Below are positions 13,501-26,482 of a DNA stretch of 64,000 nt, one piece after another. The notes under the pieces are model-generated. The model saw only the letters and a program-made list of their open reading frames with translations. It made no database searches and was not told the DNA's origin. The DNA is from the human T2T-CHM13v2.0 reference genome, Homo sapiens. The stretch is from NCBI RefSeq assembly GCF_009914755.1, contig NC_060925.1; one strand, given 5' to 3'. Position 1 is the first letter of the stretch; each line of letters begins with the position of its first letter. Both the position numbers and the translations under genes were made by a program.

Positions 13501-16500
13501 AAAGAGAAATCATACCAAGCACACTCTTGGACTACAGTGCAATCAAAACAGAAATGAATACCAAGGACATCCCTCAAAATTATACACATACATTAAAATT
13601 AAACAACTTACCCCTGAGTATCTCCTGGCCAAATATCAAAATTAAGTTAGAAATAAAAATAATTCTTTGATGTCAATGAAAACAGGAACACAACCAAAAT
13701 CTCTCAAATGCAGTCAAAGCAATGGTAAGAAGAAATTACATAGCTCTAAATGCCTTTATCAAGAAGTTAGAAGGTTTCAAATGAACAATCTGGCATTGCA
13801 CTTAAAGGAAGAACAAACCAACCTCAAAGCTAGCATAAGAAAAGAAATAACTAAAATTAGGTAAGATGTTAATGAAAATGAGATGCACAAATGAATACAA
13901 AATACAAATAAAACCAGGAGTTGTTGTTTTTTTTTTAATAATAAATAAGATTGATATACCTCTAGCTAGAGTAACAAAGAAAAAGAGAAAATACAAATAA
14001 GCACAATCAGAAATGACAAGATGATGTTGCAACTGATCCTACAGAAATATAGTAGATCCTCAGAGACTGCTATGAACAACTCTATGGATACAAGTTAGAA
14101 AATCTAGAGAAAATGTAAAAATTTCTGGAAGCACACAAACTCCCAAGATTGAATCAGGAAAAGATTAAAACCTGAATAGACCAATGTCAGCTTCTGAAAT
14201 TGAATCAGTGGTGAAGAAACTACCAACCTAAAAAAAAAGAAAAAGCCCAGGACTAGATAGATTTGCAGCCAAATTCTACAAGATATATAAAGAACTGATA
14301 CCAATCTTACTCAAACTTCTCCAAAAAATGGAAGGAGGAGGGGCTTCTCCCTAACTTGTTCTAAAAAGCTAGCATCAGCCTGATAACAAATCCTGGCAGA
14401 GACACAACAAAATGAGGAAAACTTACAACCAATACTCTTCATGAACATAGGTACAAAAATTCTTAATGAAATACTGGCACATCAAATCTAGCAGCACATC
14501 AAAAAGTTAATACACCACCGTAGAGTAGGTTTTATTCCTGGGATGCAACACTGGCTAAACATGCAAATCAATAAGTGTAATTTACGATATAAACAGAATA
14601 AAAACCAAAAACCATATGATCATCTCAATAGACACAGAAAAGCTTTTAATAAAATTCAACATTCTTTCATGATAAAAACCCTCAAGACACTATGCAATGA
14701 AGGAACCTCAAAATAATAAGAGCTATCTATGACAAACCCACAGCCAACATCATGCTGAATGGGCAAAAGCTTGAACCACTCCTCTTGAGAACTGGAGTAA
14801 GACAAGAATGTCCACTCTCACCACTCCTACTCAATGTAGTACTGGAAGTCCTAGCCACAGCAATCAGACAAGAGAAAGAAACAAAAGACAACCGTATAGG
14901 AAAAGAAGCAGTCAAACTTTCTTCACTGCTAACATGATTCTATACTTATAAAATCCTAAACACTCTGCCAAAAGAGTCCTAGAATTCACAAGTGACTTTA
15001 GAAATGTCTCAGGATACAAAATCAATGCACAAAAGTTAGTAGCATTTCTATACACCAACAACATCCAGACTGAGAGTGGAATCAATAACACAATCCCGGC
15101 TGGGCGCAGTGGCTCCCACCTGTAATCCTAGCACTTTGGGAGGCTGAGGCAGGCTGATCACCTGAGGTCAGGAGTTCGAGACCAGCCTGGCCAACATGGC
15201 AAAACCCTGTCTCTACTAAAAATACAAAAATTAGCCGGGCGTGGTGGCATGCGCCGATAATTCCAACTTTGGGAGGCTGAGGCATGAGAATCGCTGGAAT
15301 ACAGGGGGCAGAGGCTGTAGTGAGCCGAGATTGTGCCACTGCCCTCCAGCTGGGGTGACAGAGCAAGACTCCGTCTCAAAAACAAACAAACAAACAAACA
15401 AATAAAAAACATACTTATGATAGTCACAAAGAAAATGAACTAAATAGGAATACAGCTAACCAAGGAGGTGAAAGATCTTTACAAGGAGAGTTAACAAGCT
15501 ACTGCTGAAAGCAATCAGAGACATGCCACATAAGTGCAAAAACATTCCATGCTCATGGATTGGAGGAATAAATATTGTAGAAATGATCAAACTGCCAAAA
15601 GCAATTTACAAATTCAATGCTATTTCTATCAAATTATGAACATTGTCTTCACAGAATTAAAAAAAAACTATTCTAAAATTCTAATGGAACCAAAGAAGTG
15701 CTCAAATAGTCAAAGCAATTCTAAGCAAAAAGAATAAAGCTGGAGGCATCACATTACTTGACTTCCAATTATACTATAAAGCCATAGTAATCAAAACAGC
15801 TGGATACTAGTACAAAAACAGACATATAGACCAATAAAACAGAATAGAAAATTCAGAAATAAAGCCACACACATACAACTATCTGATCTTTGACAAAGCT
15901 GACAAAAACAAGCAGAGTGGAAGTGGCTTCCTATTCAATAAATGATACTGGGATAACTGGCTAGCGACATGTAGAAGAATGAAGCAGGATCCCTAACTTT
16001 CAACATATGCAAAATATTAATGCATAAGGTATTAAAGATTTAAATGTGAGACCTCAAATTACAAAAATCCTAGAAGAAATCCTAGGAAATAATCTTCTCG
16101 ACATTGGCCTTGGAAAATTATTTTTGGCTGAGTCCCCAAAAGCAATTTCAAGAAAAAATAAAATTGGCAAGTGAAACCTAATTAAACAAAAGAGCTTCTG
16201 CATAATAAAGAAACTATCAACTGAACAAACAGATACCCTACAGATGGGAGAAGATATTTACAAAGTATGCATCCAACAAAGATCCAACATCCAATATCTA
16301 TAAGGAGCTTAAATCAACAAGCAAAAAAACAAATAAGCTCATTAAAAGATGGGCAAATGACATGAACAGACACTTCTCAAAAGAAACCATACAAGTGACC
16401 AACAAACATATGAAAAAAATGGTCATCATCACCAATAATCAGGGAAATATATATATCAAAACCACAATGAGATACCATCTCACAACAGTCAGAAACAACA

Positions 16501-17157
16501 GATGGAAGAAGCTGCCAAGAAAAGGGAATGCTTATATACATTGGTAGGTGGTGAATTAGCCCAACCACTGTAGAAACCAATTTGGAGCTTCCTCAAATAA
16601 CTTAGAACAACCATTCAACCCAGCAATCCCATTACTGGGTATATACCCAAAAGGAAATAAATCATTCTAGCAAAAACACATGAACTCCTATTTTCATTGC
16701 TGTGCTAGTCACAATAGCAAAGACATGGAATCAACCTAGTTGGCCATTGATGATAGAGTGGATAAAGAAAATGTGGTACATATACACCACGGAAAACTTC
16801 ACAGCCATATAAAAAGAATGAAATCATGTCTTTGCAGCAACATGGATAGTGCTGGAGGTCATAATTCTAAGGAAATTAATGTAGGAGCAGAAAACCAACC
16901 AAATAGTACATGTTCTCATTTATAAGTGGGAGCTAAGCATTGAGCACATTATAGACATAAATATGGGAACAACAGACACTGTGGGCTATTGGAGGGTGGA
17001 AGCAGGGGGCTTGGATTAAAAAGCTACCTATTCAAACAACACTCACTACCATGGTGACAGGATTAGTACAACAAACCTCAACATCATGCAATATTCCCAT
17101 GTAATAAATCTTCACGTGTACCCCTTGTATCTAAAATAAAAATTGAAATTAAAAAAG
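10596..17157 (+). mobile_element. Full-length degenerate old L1P (L1PA15/16-like): 5'UTR, ORF1, ORF2, 3'UTR
   Basis: 5' CAAGATGGCCAACTAGATGCAGC; ORF1/ORF2 fragments in ORFs 12465, 13373 and 14752; 3' end GTACCCCTTGTATCTAAAATAAAAATTGAAATT; many frameshifts. Confidence 0.92.
15098..15409 (+). mobile_element. AluSx-like inserted in L1 ORF2, with (AAAC)n tail
   Basis: GGCTGGGCGCAGTGGCTC...CACCTGAGGTCAGGAGTTCGAGACCAGCCTGGCCAACATGG. Confidence 0.95.
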
Positions 17158-17345
17158 AAAGGTCATATATCTTAAAATTCTAAAGAATAATAATTTCACT
17201 TGATTTTCTTAGCCAAATTGAAGTAAATCATTTCATAAAAGACAGAAAAGTCAATCATGCTGTACAACCTGCTGCTATTGAGGTCAGATAGTAAAATGAC
17301 ATTAAAAAATAGAATTAAATATATTTATAGTTACTTAAAAATACA
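17158..17345 (+). other. Candidate L1 3'-transduced unique segment
   Basis: Lies between the L1 3' end and the right TSD copy (AAGATTGCTGACATT 17346-17360 vs AAGATTGTTGGCGTT 10581-10595); ATTAAA near 17314 followed by a degraded A-rich tail. Confidence 0.6.
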
Positions 17346-18400
17346 AAGATTGCTGACATTATTAAAGATCAACTTGAGGTTAGCGGTTATGATTTCAAAG
17401 TGGTAAGAGTCAGCATGATTATGTTTTTTTAAAGTTATGGTTTTTATGAGTGAATAAGAAATAGCAAAAAAGGACCAAGGGAACTAAAATGTGAAAGGAA
17501 GTAATTATAATAATTAATTTTGCTTCAAGCTAAAAATGAGGGAAGTAAGAGATCAGAGGTTTGAAAGGCAGTGAATTAGGATTTGTGGTGTGAAAATATT
17601 ATTGGAGTTGAAGTATTTAAAACAGTGAGCTATTAAGAATCTGTGGTTAGAGATTAAGGGGTTTGAAACTGAATTTACAGTAAGAATGAGATTAAGGTAG
17701 TTACGTAGGATGAACATAGGAATGCATTGCTTAGGAAGGGAGGTAGATGAGATCATTGAAGGCAAAGAGATCAAGTTACTGAAATGTTAAATTATTGGAG
17801 ATATAATCCACATGGATATTTGAATTACTGAAAATTATGACAGGAGTGATTACACAGAGTGGCAGTGAGCCAGGATTTAACATCTTCAAGGAATCAGAAG
17901 TTGTAGTTGAAGAGTCTTTGGAGGATCACAAGGTAGAATTGGGTGGCTTAATTTGCTGAAAACTTTTAGATTTTTAGGGTGAAATGCAGGAGAAAATCCT
18001 GGAAATGATAGTGAAATGCAAGAAATGTACCTACCTATGTCACCCAAGCCTCATGATATGAAGGTCAGGGTGCAAAAGGAGCCACTCAATTTGTGTTAGA
18101 ATAAGAAGATACAGAAAAAGATATTGAGTTGGAAAGCTGAAGATTTCAAGAGTTCCAGAAAGTACATTAAATGAATGTTAGGATTACAAAAACTGTGATA
18201 GATGGGGTCAGCACCTTTGGAGAATAGATAACAGAGGTTATATAGAACAAATTGGTAATCCAGGATATTTTGATGGAATTGACATAGTGATCAAAGGATT
18301 AAATATTGTTATTACAGATAGTTTCAGAGATAATTGGTTGAGATTGTTTTAGGGAAGGAGTGGTGTGGACCTTGTTAAAAGTATGCAGAATTCTGAGACA
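17346..18400 (-). mobile_element. LINE-2 segment 3
   Basis: CAACTTGAGGTTAGCGGTTATGATTTCAAAGTGGTAAGAGTCAGCATG matches recalled L2 antisense and continues directly from 10595. Confidence 0.65.
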
Positions 18401-18597
18401 GTTGTTTAACTTCTTATGTGGTATAACATCTAGGAAATTGATGATCTTATTCAAGGTACTAGCATTCCTGATGCTCCCTCCTAGCTCTGGGACCACACTA
18501 CAGCTTCAATGCTGAAGTTCTGAACACTAAATGAGAGGTGGTCCTACCTAGACCACCTAGAATTCTGTAGTCCTTTCTTAACTTCACCCAGGGAAGG

Positions 18598-19388
18598 TGT
18601 ATTCCAGGGAAGATCCATTCTTGTATTGTATAATTACCTCTGCATCCATCCCTTTTCATACTGCTATGAAGAAATACCTGAGACTGGATAATTTGTAAAG
18701 AAAAAGAGGCTTAATGGACTCACCGTTCCACATGACTGGGGAGGCTTCACAATCATGGTGAAAGACAAAGGAGGAGCAAAGGCACATCTTACATGGTGGC
18801 AGGCAAGAGACTGTGTGCAGACGAGCTGCTTTTTATAAAGCCACCGGATCTTGTGAGACTTACTCACTATCACGAGAACAGCAGGGGAAAACCCACCTCC
18901 ATGAGTCAATTCCTCCCACTGGGTCCCTCCCATGACATACGGGGATTATGGGAGCTACAATTCAAGATGAGATTTGGGTGGGGACACAGCCAAACCATAT
19001 CAACCTGAGACTGGATAATCTATAAAGAGGTTTAATTGGCTCATGGTTTTGCAGGCTGTACACAGAACATGATGCTAGCATCTGCTTATCTTCTGCGGAG
19101 GCCTCAGGAAACTTACAATCATGGCAGAAGGTTAAGAGGGAATAGGCATGTTACATGAGCAGAGGAGGAGCAAGAGAGAGATGGAGGAGGTGACAAACAC
19201 ATTTAAATGACCAGATTTCCCAATAACTCATGCACTATTGCAAGGATAGTACCAAGGGGATGGTACTAAACCAATCATGAGAAATCCTCCCTCATGATCC
19301 GATCACCTATCACCAGGCCTTTCCTACAACATTGAGGACTATAACTGAAAATGAAATTTGGGTGGAGACACAGATCCAAACCATATTA
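18598..19388 (-). mobile_element. MSTA/MSTB-type MaLR solo LTR interrupted by a THE1 LTR
   Basis: TCCATTCTTGTATTG...ACCT | ACCTGAGACTGG...GGAGGCCTCAGGAAACTTACAATCATGGCAGAAGG...CAGATCCAAACCATATTA; 5-bp TSD GAAGG/GGAGG. Confidence 0.85.
18641..19002 (-). mobile_element. THE1C/D-type solo LTR nested in the MST LTR
   Basis: Ends GGGATTATGGGAGCTACAATTCAAGATGAGATTTGGGTGGGGACACAGCCAAACCATATCA; TSD ACCTC/ACCTG. Confidence 0.92.
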
Positions 19389-20135
19389 GGAGGCAATGTA
19401 ATTTCGCTGAATATATATCAGCTACTTAGGGCATTTTGTACACAATAAACTTTCTCTAATCCACAAAATCTCATACTAAATTATCATCACTTTCTTTTCT
19501 ATCTATATTTCTAACTTACAAGTCTGCAATCTCTTTTTGAAAATACAGTTTCCTACTCATATCCCTAACTGATAAGATTTATACATAATAACGAAAAAAT
19601 GGATTTTTTCTTTTCTCATACTGAACTTGCAAAAATTTCAACTGAAGCAATAAATCCCTCTTGTGTGCTAGTGCTTGTACTTCCTTTCAATAACACTTTT
19701 CATTTTCTAAATACAGCATTTAAGTGGAAAATTCTGAGGAAACTTTTAGCAATTAAAACAATTAGCAATTCAGTTTTTTTCAGAAATTTTTGTTTTTCTT
19801 TTTCTTTTCTTGTGTCTTAAAATTTTGCTAAACCTTAATGATAAAAGTAAAAAAAAAAAAACTATTTTCTTTAAAGGTAATAATATTAACTGAAACACTA
19901 TCTTATGTCAAGAACTTATGACATAACAATAAAATTATTTATTAACCTTCAGTCATTATGCTTATAATCTAGAGAGAGAGGCAGACCTGGAAATAAACTG
20001 CAATAAAACAAAGTGCTATCATTCAGAGATTAAAATGTCATGATGGGAGAAATTGTATGATTAAAAAATACGCTCTATTTATTTATTTATTTACTAATAT
20101 TTTCTTAGAATAAACATAATTCCAAAACCAATTAC

Positions 20136-20246
20136 CCTTAATAAAAACTGCACTGGAATATACAAGATAAATTGAGTCTCTTGCAAGCTTTTTAAATTAG
20201 CATCCAAAACATGGAGGATGTTATACACATGACCGGCAGGATAATC
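20136..20246 (-). pseudogene. Candidate exon 8 (111 nt): DYPAGHVYNILHVLDANLKSLQETQFILYIPVQFLLR
   Basis: Acceptor cttattttgtag|GAT, donor AGG|gtaatt; phase 0-0; no stop; contains a CpG. Confidence 0.65.
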
Positions 20247-20396
20247 CTACAAAATAAGTATTATTAATTCCATTGTATTTACTGAACAATCAAAACTTTA
20301 GAGAGATTGTATTGTTTGCTAAAATTAGAAAGTGACACAAAGAGATTATCAGCAAAGGCTTGTGAGATGGCAGAACCAGTATAATTTCCAATATAC

Positions 20397-20486
20397 CACA
20401 GATGCTCTAGTAATATCTGTAGGAACATGAGCTTATACAATTCTTTCTGTTTTTGGTGTGGATCTTTGCAACTTCTCTTGGATGTT
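20397..20486 (-). pseudogene. Candidate exon 7 (90 nt): NIQEKLQRSTPKTERIV*AHVPTDITRASV
   Basis: Branch-point-like gactcac followed by tattttttgtttctgag|AAC (weak GAG acceptor); donor GTG|gtatat (weak); phase 0-0; one TAA. Confidence 0.5.
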
Positions 20487-20666
20487 CTCAGAAACAAAAA
20501 ATACGTGAGTCATTTTTAATTGTAAATTTACTTTCTGGAAAAAAGGTTAACGACTTAACTTATGCAAGCAAGCTCATAAGTTATTTAATACTTTTTCACT
20601 GTTAACAAAGTCAATATGGATTTAAAGCATAGCATTCTATTAGAATGTAAGTGAAAGAAACTTTAC

Positions 20667-20757
20667 CCTACAAACATCTTCTTGTCCAAATGAGTTTGCC
20701 GATAAGGCAATGTTGTGCTCCCACTGAAAACTGTACAAGGTAAGTGCCATCTGCATC
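20667..20757 (-). pseudogene. Candidate exon 6 (91 nt): (G)MQMALTLYSFQWEHNIALSANSFGQEDVCR
   Basis: Acceptor tgtttaatttag|G, donor AGG|gtaaag; phase 2-0; no stop. Confidence 0.6.
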
Positions 20758-21545
20758 CTAAATTAAACATCTTCATGCAGAGAATCAGTCTGCCTAATGC
20801 ACTGATATATAATACAATGACAGCACTCACTTTTAAATATATTGCCGAAAAGGCAAAACAGCGCATTATTCTTATAGCATTTTGCCTACCATATATTTTT
20901 CCACAATATAAATTGCCAGCTTTTCAAGGCAAACTTCATCCTTCCTATCATAGATACAAAATGTACAAAAAAGTCTTAGTATATATTGTATGGTTTAGGT
21001 TCTTCGAAAACTAATTTTTGAGACAGTTTGTCCGAATGCTCATATTCAGGATTAATGAGCTCCAAGCCCTAACCTTTTATATGTTTCTAAATTAAATCAT
21101 TCTTCATAAATCAAAACATAAACTGTACATAATATCTGATTGTTGGCAAAAAGATTTATTACAATGAAAATAAAATAAATCACATTGTAAAATGTTGGAA
21201 TATCTATAAATGTAAATAAAAACATTAATACAATAAAAACCCTATTTACAATGCCATGTTAGTGAACATTTGATTATGTTGCTAGTTAAATTAGGTTTCT
21301 ACATATATAGTAAGATATCATATGTGTTCCCCATAACATATAAACCCATTAATATATATGTAACCCTTGTTTTATAAAATAAGAATTCAGAGTGATTCAT
21401 CACTATTACGGTAAAACTAATACAGCCTTCTGATCCTTGAAAATAAAGGCATTACCAAATAGTTTATTACACTGACTTTATCCACTAGTTTTTAACTCTT
21501 TTAAAAGGAAACTAGAAAACTATTTTTTGTATGAACCATATTGGG

Positions 21546-21959
21546 TGTCCTAGTCCATTTTACGTTGCTTATAACAGAATACCAGAATCTGGGTAATTTA
21601 TAACAAAAAATTATTTATTTATTACAGTTCTGGAGGCTGTAACATTGAGGGTGTATATCTTGTGGGAGCCTTCTTACTGTTGAGGACTCAGAGCAAAGTC
21701 CCGAGGTGGTGCAGGATGTCAAATGGCAAGGAGGCTCAAAGTGGTCACATGCAATCTCAAATCTCTCTTTCTCTTCTTATTAAACCACCAGTTACTCCCT
21801 TGATGACCCATTAATCCATGAACCCATCAATCCATGAATTAATCTATTAATGAAGGCAGAGTAATCATGATTCAATCACCTCCTAAAAGGTCTACTTCTC
21901 AGTACTGCCACATTAGGGACTAAATTTCAACATGAATTTTGAAGGGAACATTGAAACCA
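21546..21959 (-). mobile_element. MST-type (MSTB/C-like) MaLR solo LTR
   Basis: TGTCCTAGTCCATTT...TTACAGTTCTGGAGGCT...AGTCCCGAGGTGGTGCAGG...TTTCAACATGAATTTTG; 5-bp TSD TTGGG. Confidence 0.82.
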
Positions 21960-22954
21960 TTGGGCTTTCTGTGAATGAGGAACTCACCAACTCTGGTTGA
22001 AAAACTAAATCCGGAAACAGAAATAATACACCAATTTGCATACACTGTACTTGTTTGATGGTAGCTGATACACAATTATGAACGTCTTAGCTGCTGAGAA
22101 GCAGGGGTATTATCAGTTTTTTTATGCATTGTTATCAAAACATTATCACAAAAGCAAAAAATAAGGGAAAAATTACAGATTTCCTTCAATTAATACTGAT
22201 TGGCCAATTTCTAGATCTCTGAAAATTCTGGGCTAAAGTATTAAAATATGAGTAAGGTAATGCCTCTACTACCAAAACCTTTAATGTCTACTAGGACAAA
22301 GAGGTGCATAAATACATAATTATAGTGTTGTATGAACTATGCCCTTGAAAATTATTTCAAAGACTAATCATAAGCTGAGTTTTTTAAGTGGACTTTGTTC
22401 ATCAAAAGTTTTAAATTTGATATTCCATTTTATTAAAAGCATGCTTGGAAACTAATTTGGGTAAATATGTTGATGTTTATTAAATTACCACCATCTCAGA
22501 GGAAATTACTGGATGTTTACCTTTTTACTCAAGACTTCCTTCTTTTCTGGTATATATGTTCAGTCCAAAACATTCAAGTTACACAAGTTTAAATATATCG
22601 TTTTCCCCCCAAGATTTCATACTTACAGTCTCTATGTAGGGTTTAGCCTGTTTTTAATATATTTATGAGAATCATTGGATAATAATCTTCCAATATCAGT
22701 ATACTTCTGAGGCTATAAATTGCCTGAGATTCTGAATTTTCAATATCCTAGGGGGTGCTAATGCTGATGGTGCTTACATCACACTTCAAGTAGCTACAAT
22801 AGGGAACATTATTTCTAGTGACAGTAAGAGAAAAGGTTAAAACAGGTCAATGAAATGGAGTCCATTTGGAAGCATGCTATAGCAATAAGTGAACTAAGAG
22901 GTTTTGAAGTATTGAGCTTGATTATTTAAATGAATTGCCCACCTGTTAACAGTG

Positions 22955-23418
22955 AGAAAGTGTTCTTGGTTCCAAGCAATTGAAAACTATCCTGGCAAAA
23001 TAAAACAAACAGGCAAAAAAATAAATTGAAAAAATCTGGGATACTTCACAGACTAAATGGAAAGATTAAAGAGAATCTCAGCAAACAACCAGGAACCAAG
23101 GAAAGCTTAGCCATAGAAATCATAAGCAAATTCATCCTACAGACACATTTGAGATACGATAGCTGGATCCATTGCCACTGCTGTCAAAAGGCCACCATCA
23201 CTGCTGGAAACTGACTATAGTTAGTGCCCTGTTGTGAACATTCACCTGCATATTACTTGCTCTGGTAAAAACATCTGATTTTCAAAACTAGGACATGGGC
23301 TCTCATCCTGGATGTCAGACCATGGAGAGAAAGAATATCTCTCTGGCTTTCCTTTGAATTATAATCATAGGGATTTCAGGCATTTGGGAGCAAAATTAAG
23401 CTAATTAATGCCCACTAC
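22955..23418 (-). mobile_element. Old MLT1-like LTR
   Basis: TTCTTGGTTCCAAGCAATTGAAAACTATCCTGGC at the start and AATGCCCACTACA at the end; highly diverged. Confidence 0.45.
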
Positions 23419-23439
23419 AATTACTTTTCATCTCAACTG

Positions 23440-23965
23440 CCGTACAACCTTCAAGGTTATCTGAGTCATCTTTCTAGCACATACATCCAATCTTGTCACT
23501 TCCTTGCTTAAAAGATTTCAGTGGATTCCCACTACCTACTTAATACTGTTCAAAGTTCACAGTGGAATTTAAGCTGGTCCCAACTGACCTTTTTCAACTT
23601 TCCAGCTTCACTAAACTTTCTGTATTATGCAAATATGCAACACTAAAAAGTCAAAATTTCCTATTTATGCCACATATTTTTTATAACTTTGGTTCTCATC
23701 ATTTTAATTCCACATCCCCTTGTTAAATTGGAAAAATAATTTTAACCATGTATATTCAAGGTTTTTAAATTTATCACCTCTTCTTTTAAATCTTTCTGTA
23801 CTACTTTTCTCAAACACAGAATTACCTACTCTATTTCCTTTGCTTCTATGTACTCTTATTTATACCATTTATGCAAGTGTATACATACTTTTGTTTCTTC
23901 TTGTAGATCCTGAATTTTTTGAGAGGGTGAGCTATGTTGTATTTGATTTGTTCTCCAATCATTAA
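23440..23965 (+). mobile_element. LINE-2 3' fragment
   Basis: TGTCACTTCCTTGCTTAAAA...CAGTGGATTCCCACT...TAGATCCTGAATTTTTTGAGAGGGT. Confidence 0.6.
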
Positions 23966-23978
23966 AAATAATTTTATT

Positions 23979-24284
23979 GGCCGGGCGTGGTGGCTCACAC
24001 CTGTGATCCCAGCACTTTGGGAGGCCGAGGCAGATGGATCACTGAGGTCAGGAGTTCAAGCCTGGCCAACATGGTGAAACCCCATCTCTATTAAAAATAC
24101 AAAAATTAGCTGGGGATGGTGGCACCTGTAATCTCAGCTTCTCAGGAGGCTGAAAGGCAGGAGAATCACTTGAACCCAGGGGATGGAATTTGCAGTGAAC
24201 GGAGATCACACCACTGCACTCCAGACTGCGCCACAAGAGCAAAACTCCATCTCAAAAACAAAAACAAAAAACAAACAAACAAAA
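23979..24284 (+). mobile_element. AluS with (CAAA)n tail
   Basis: GGCCGGGCGTGGTGGCTCAC...; TSD AAAATA(A/T)TTTTATT. Confidence 0.95.
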
Positions 24285-25296
24285 TATTTTATTAATTACC
24301 TGTTACATATCTTTACTTGGTACTGAGGATGCAGTGGAGATCTTATCTCTCGTTTAAAACAACAGTTGATATCAAATAAGAATCAGTGCTCATTGAATGA
24401 AGACATAAATGACAATCATTCAAGGATGTTGCTTTGAAACTCTTATTTTCAAAAATTATGGGGATAAGAAATTATTTATCAATTGCTCCTGATTATTTCT
24501 CAATTCTGACCTCTATTTGAGAATTGAGACTGATATAGATTGAAACACTTGCAATCATTCAGTTTTTATTTATTTCCCCATTATTAACAAAATTATAGGA
24601 ATAGATATATTACATAAAACGGCGACTTTTTTTCCAACTCTTGGAATTAGACTGGTCTTGGTGGTAAGTAGTTATTTGTTAAAAGGTTTCCAGTTTTTCC
24701 AGAATTTTTGTAAGTTCTGCTTTAAATCCCAAGCTAGATATACCAAGCTGATACCTTTGTATTCATTCCACACTGTTAAAGATAAGTACTATCTTTTACA
24801 ATTTCACTGTGAATAATTATTTTTAGTAAAACCACCTATTCAAATCTCAGTAGAAGCCATTTAATCTTCCCATCAAATCCTCACACGTTTCTTTAAGTGT
24901 TCCTACTAAACTATCCTTAAATTTTTCTGTCACAGTTTAGGTAGCAATACTGATTGTGAATGCTCTATGATGACTTGCTGTCAAGATTGGAAATCTAGTC
25001 AAGCTCAAAGAAATGAATGGTGTCAGTGATATAACGCTATTTAATAAGTGTGGCAGCATTTAAATCCTTCTACTTGTAATAGACATGGATTTATTTCAAG
25101 GGAGAAGACAGTAAAAGCTAGGTGGAAGGAAGTGTGAAATTTTGTGAAGAATGTGAAGGAAGACTGTGTTTTCTTTTGGAAGGCTGATTCTTCCCAGGAT
25201 GAATAAAGGAATGTTTTAGCTGTGAGTCTTTAATTTCTTGCAACCTGCAGAGGAATCATGCAATGCTAACCACCTCCTCATATTTGCTACCATTTT

Positions 25297-25831
25297 GGGG
25301 GGTTTTTCAAATCATGGCCCTAGGATCCCTGGGCTTCTCTGAACTGTTTTGTGAAGGACCCCATGGTCAAAATTTTTTCCACAGCAGTATTAAAATTTTA
25401 CTTGCCTTTTTTACTCTCACTCACAAGTCTGAAATTTTTTAAAGTCTATATGATATGTAATATTGCAAAGATTGAATACAGAATCTATATTGTATTTGAT
25501 TTATTCTCTAGGGAATTTGAGAATCTTTGAGAATCTACCTGTCTTCTGTGAAGCCAGACATCGAAAAGATTGGAAACATGTAATAGAATGCCACTCTTTT
25601 CATTGCTTTTTACAAAATGTAGTTATTTTTCCACAGAATATGTTACTTAATGTGCAATGAGATTTTATTTTTAAACAAATTGAAATATTTAAAAGATTTC
25701 TGATTTTTAATGTTTAATATGTAAATACCAACAGATATAACTCACAGAAACAAGATTGAGAACATTTTGTGATTCTCAACAATTTTTAAAGATGTGAGGA
25801 GTGTTGAGACCAAAAAGTTTGAGAACTACTG
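25297..25831 (+). mobile_element. hAT-Charlie DNA transposon (Charlie4a-like); strand uncertain
   Basis: Ends CAGATATAACTCACAGAAACAAG...CTCAACAATTTTTAAAGATGTG...TGAGACCAAAAAGTTTGAGAACTACTG. Confidence 0.7.
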
Positions 25832-26482
25832 ATCTAAGGAATTTAACTTGCTTTGCGACACTCCTAAACTTCATATTGCTTTTCTAATTTTGCTTAGGTA
25901 ATTATATGCCTTATGTTATATCATATAAACATTATTTACTCTGGGACACAGGCTTGTGAAGAGTTCTTCCATCTCTCTTTTCATAACTACCATTGCACTC
26001 CACTAGAATTACTTATTTAATATCTGCCAACCCCATATCTCAAAATACAGTGGATAATGACTGAAAAGTAGATTGAGGTAATAAAATTTAATGATTTATT
26101 AATACTGTTTTAATATCTGTATGACCAGCCACTCAATTATACATCTATATATTCAAGTGTACCATACACAAATATAGCTAAACTCCCTTGTACCCCTTCT
26201 TTATTTGTCTTTACCCTTTTGCCTTAGGATTAATTTTATTAGAAGTCAAAAGTAGAAATTGCGTCTAAGCTAGTTATTTTCCTAGAACATGCTTTTCAAA
26301 GCCTTAGCTAATGGTAGGAATTGTGCAACAGCACAGAGGGCAAGGAGGAAGTATATCTGAAGACAACAAAATAGGATATAAAGAAAAGAGAGAAAAGGTG
26401 AGAAAGAGAGACAGAGACAGAGACAGAGAGAGAAAAAGAGATTGGAAGAGAGAGAGTTAATCAAGGTTAGCAAGTTGGGATC

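Noticed and set aside
19947-19986. Extra minus-strand exon (tttatttccag|GTC...GAAG|gttaat)
   Set aside because: Sequence resembles an L2 3' fragment, the donor is weak, and there is an in-frame TAG.
20505-20745. Plus-strand donors AC|GTGAGT (20505) and AAG|GTAAGT (20740)
   Set aside because: No convincing upstream acceptors or open frames on the + strand; the minus-strand reading explains the region better. An antisense non-coding exon is not excluded.
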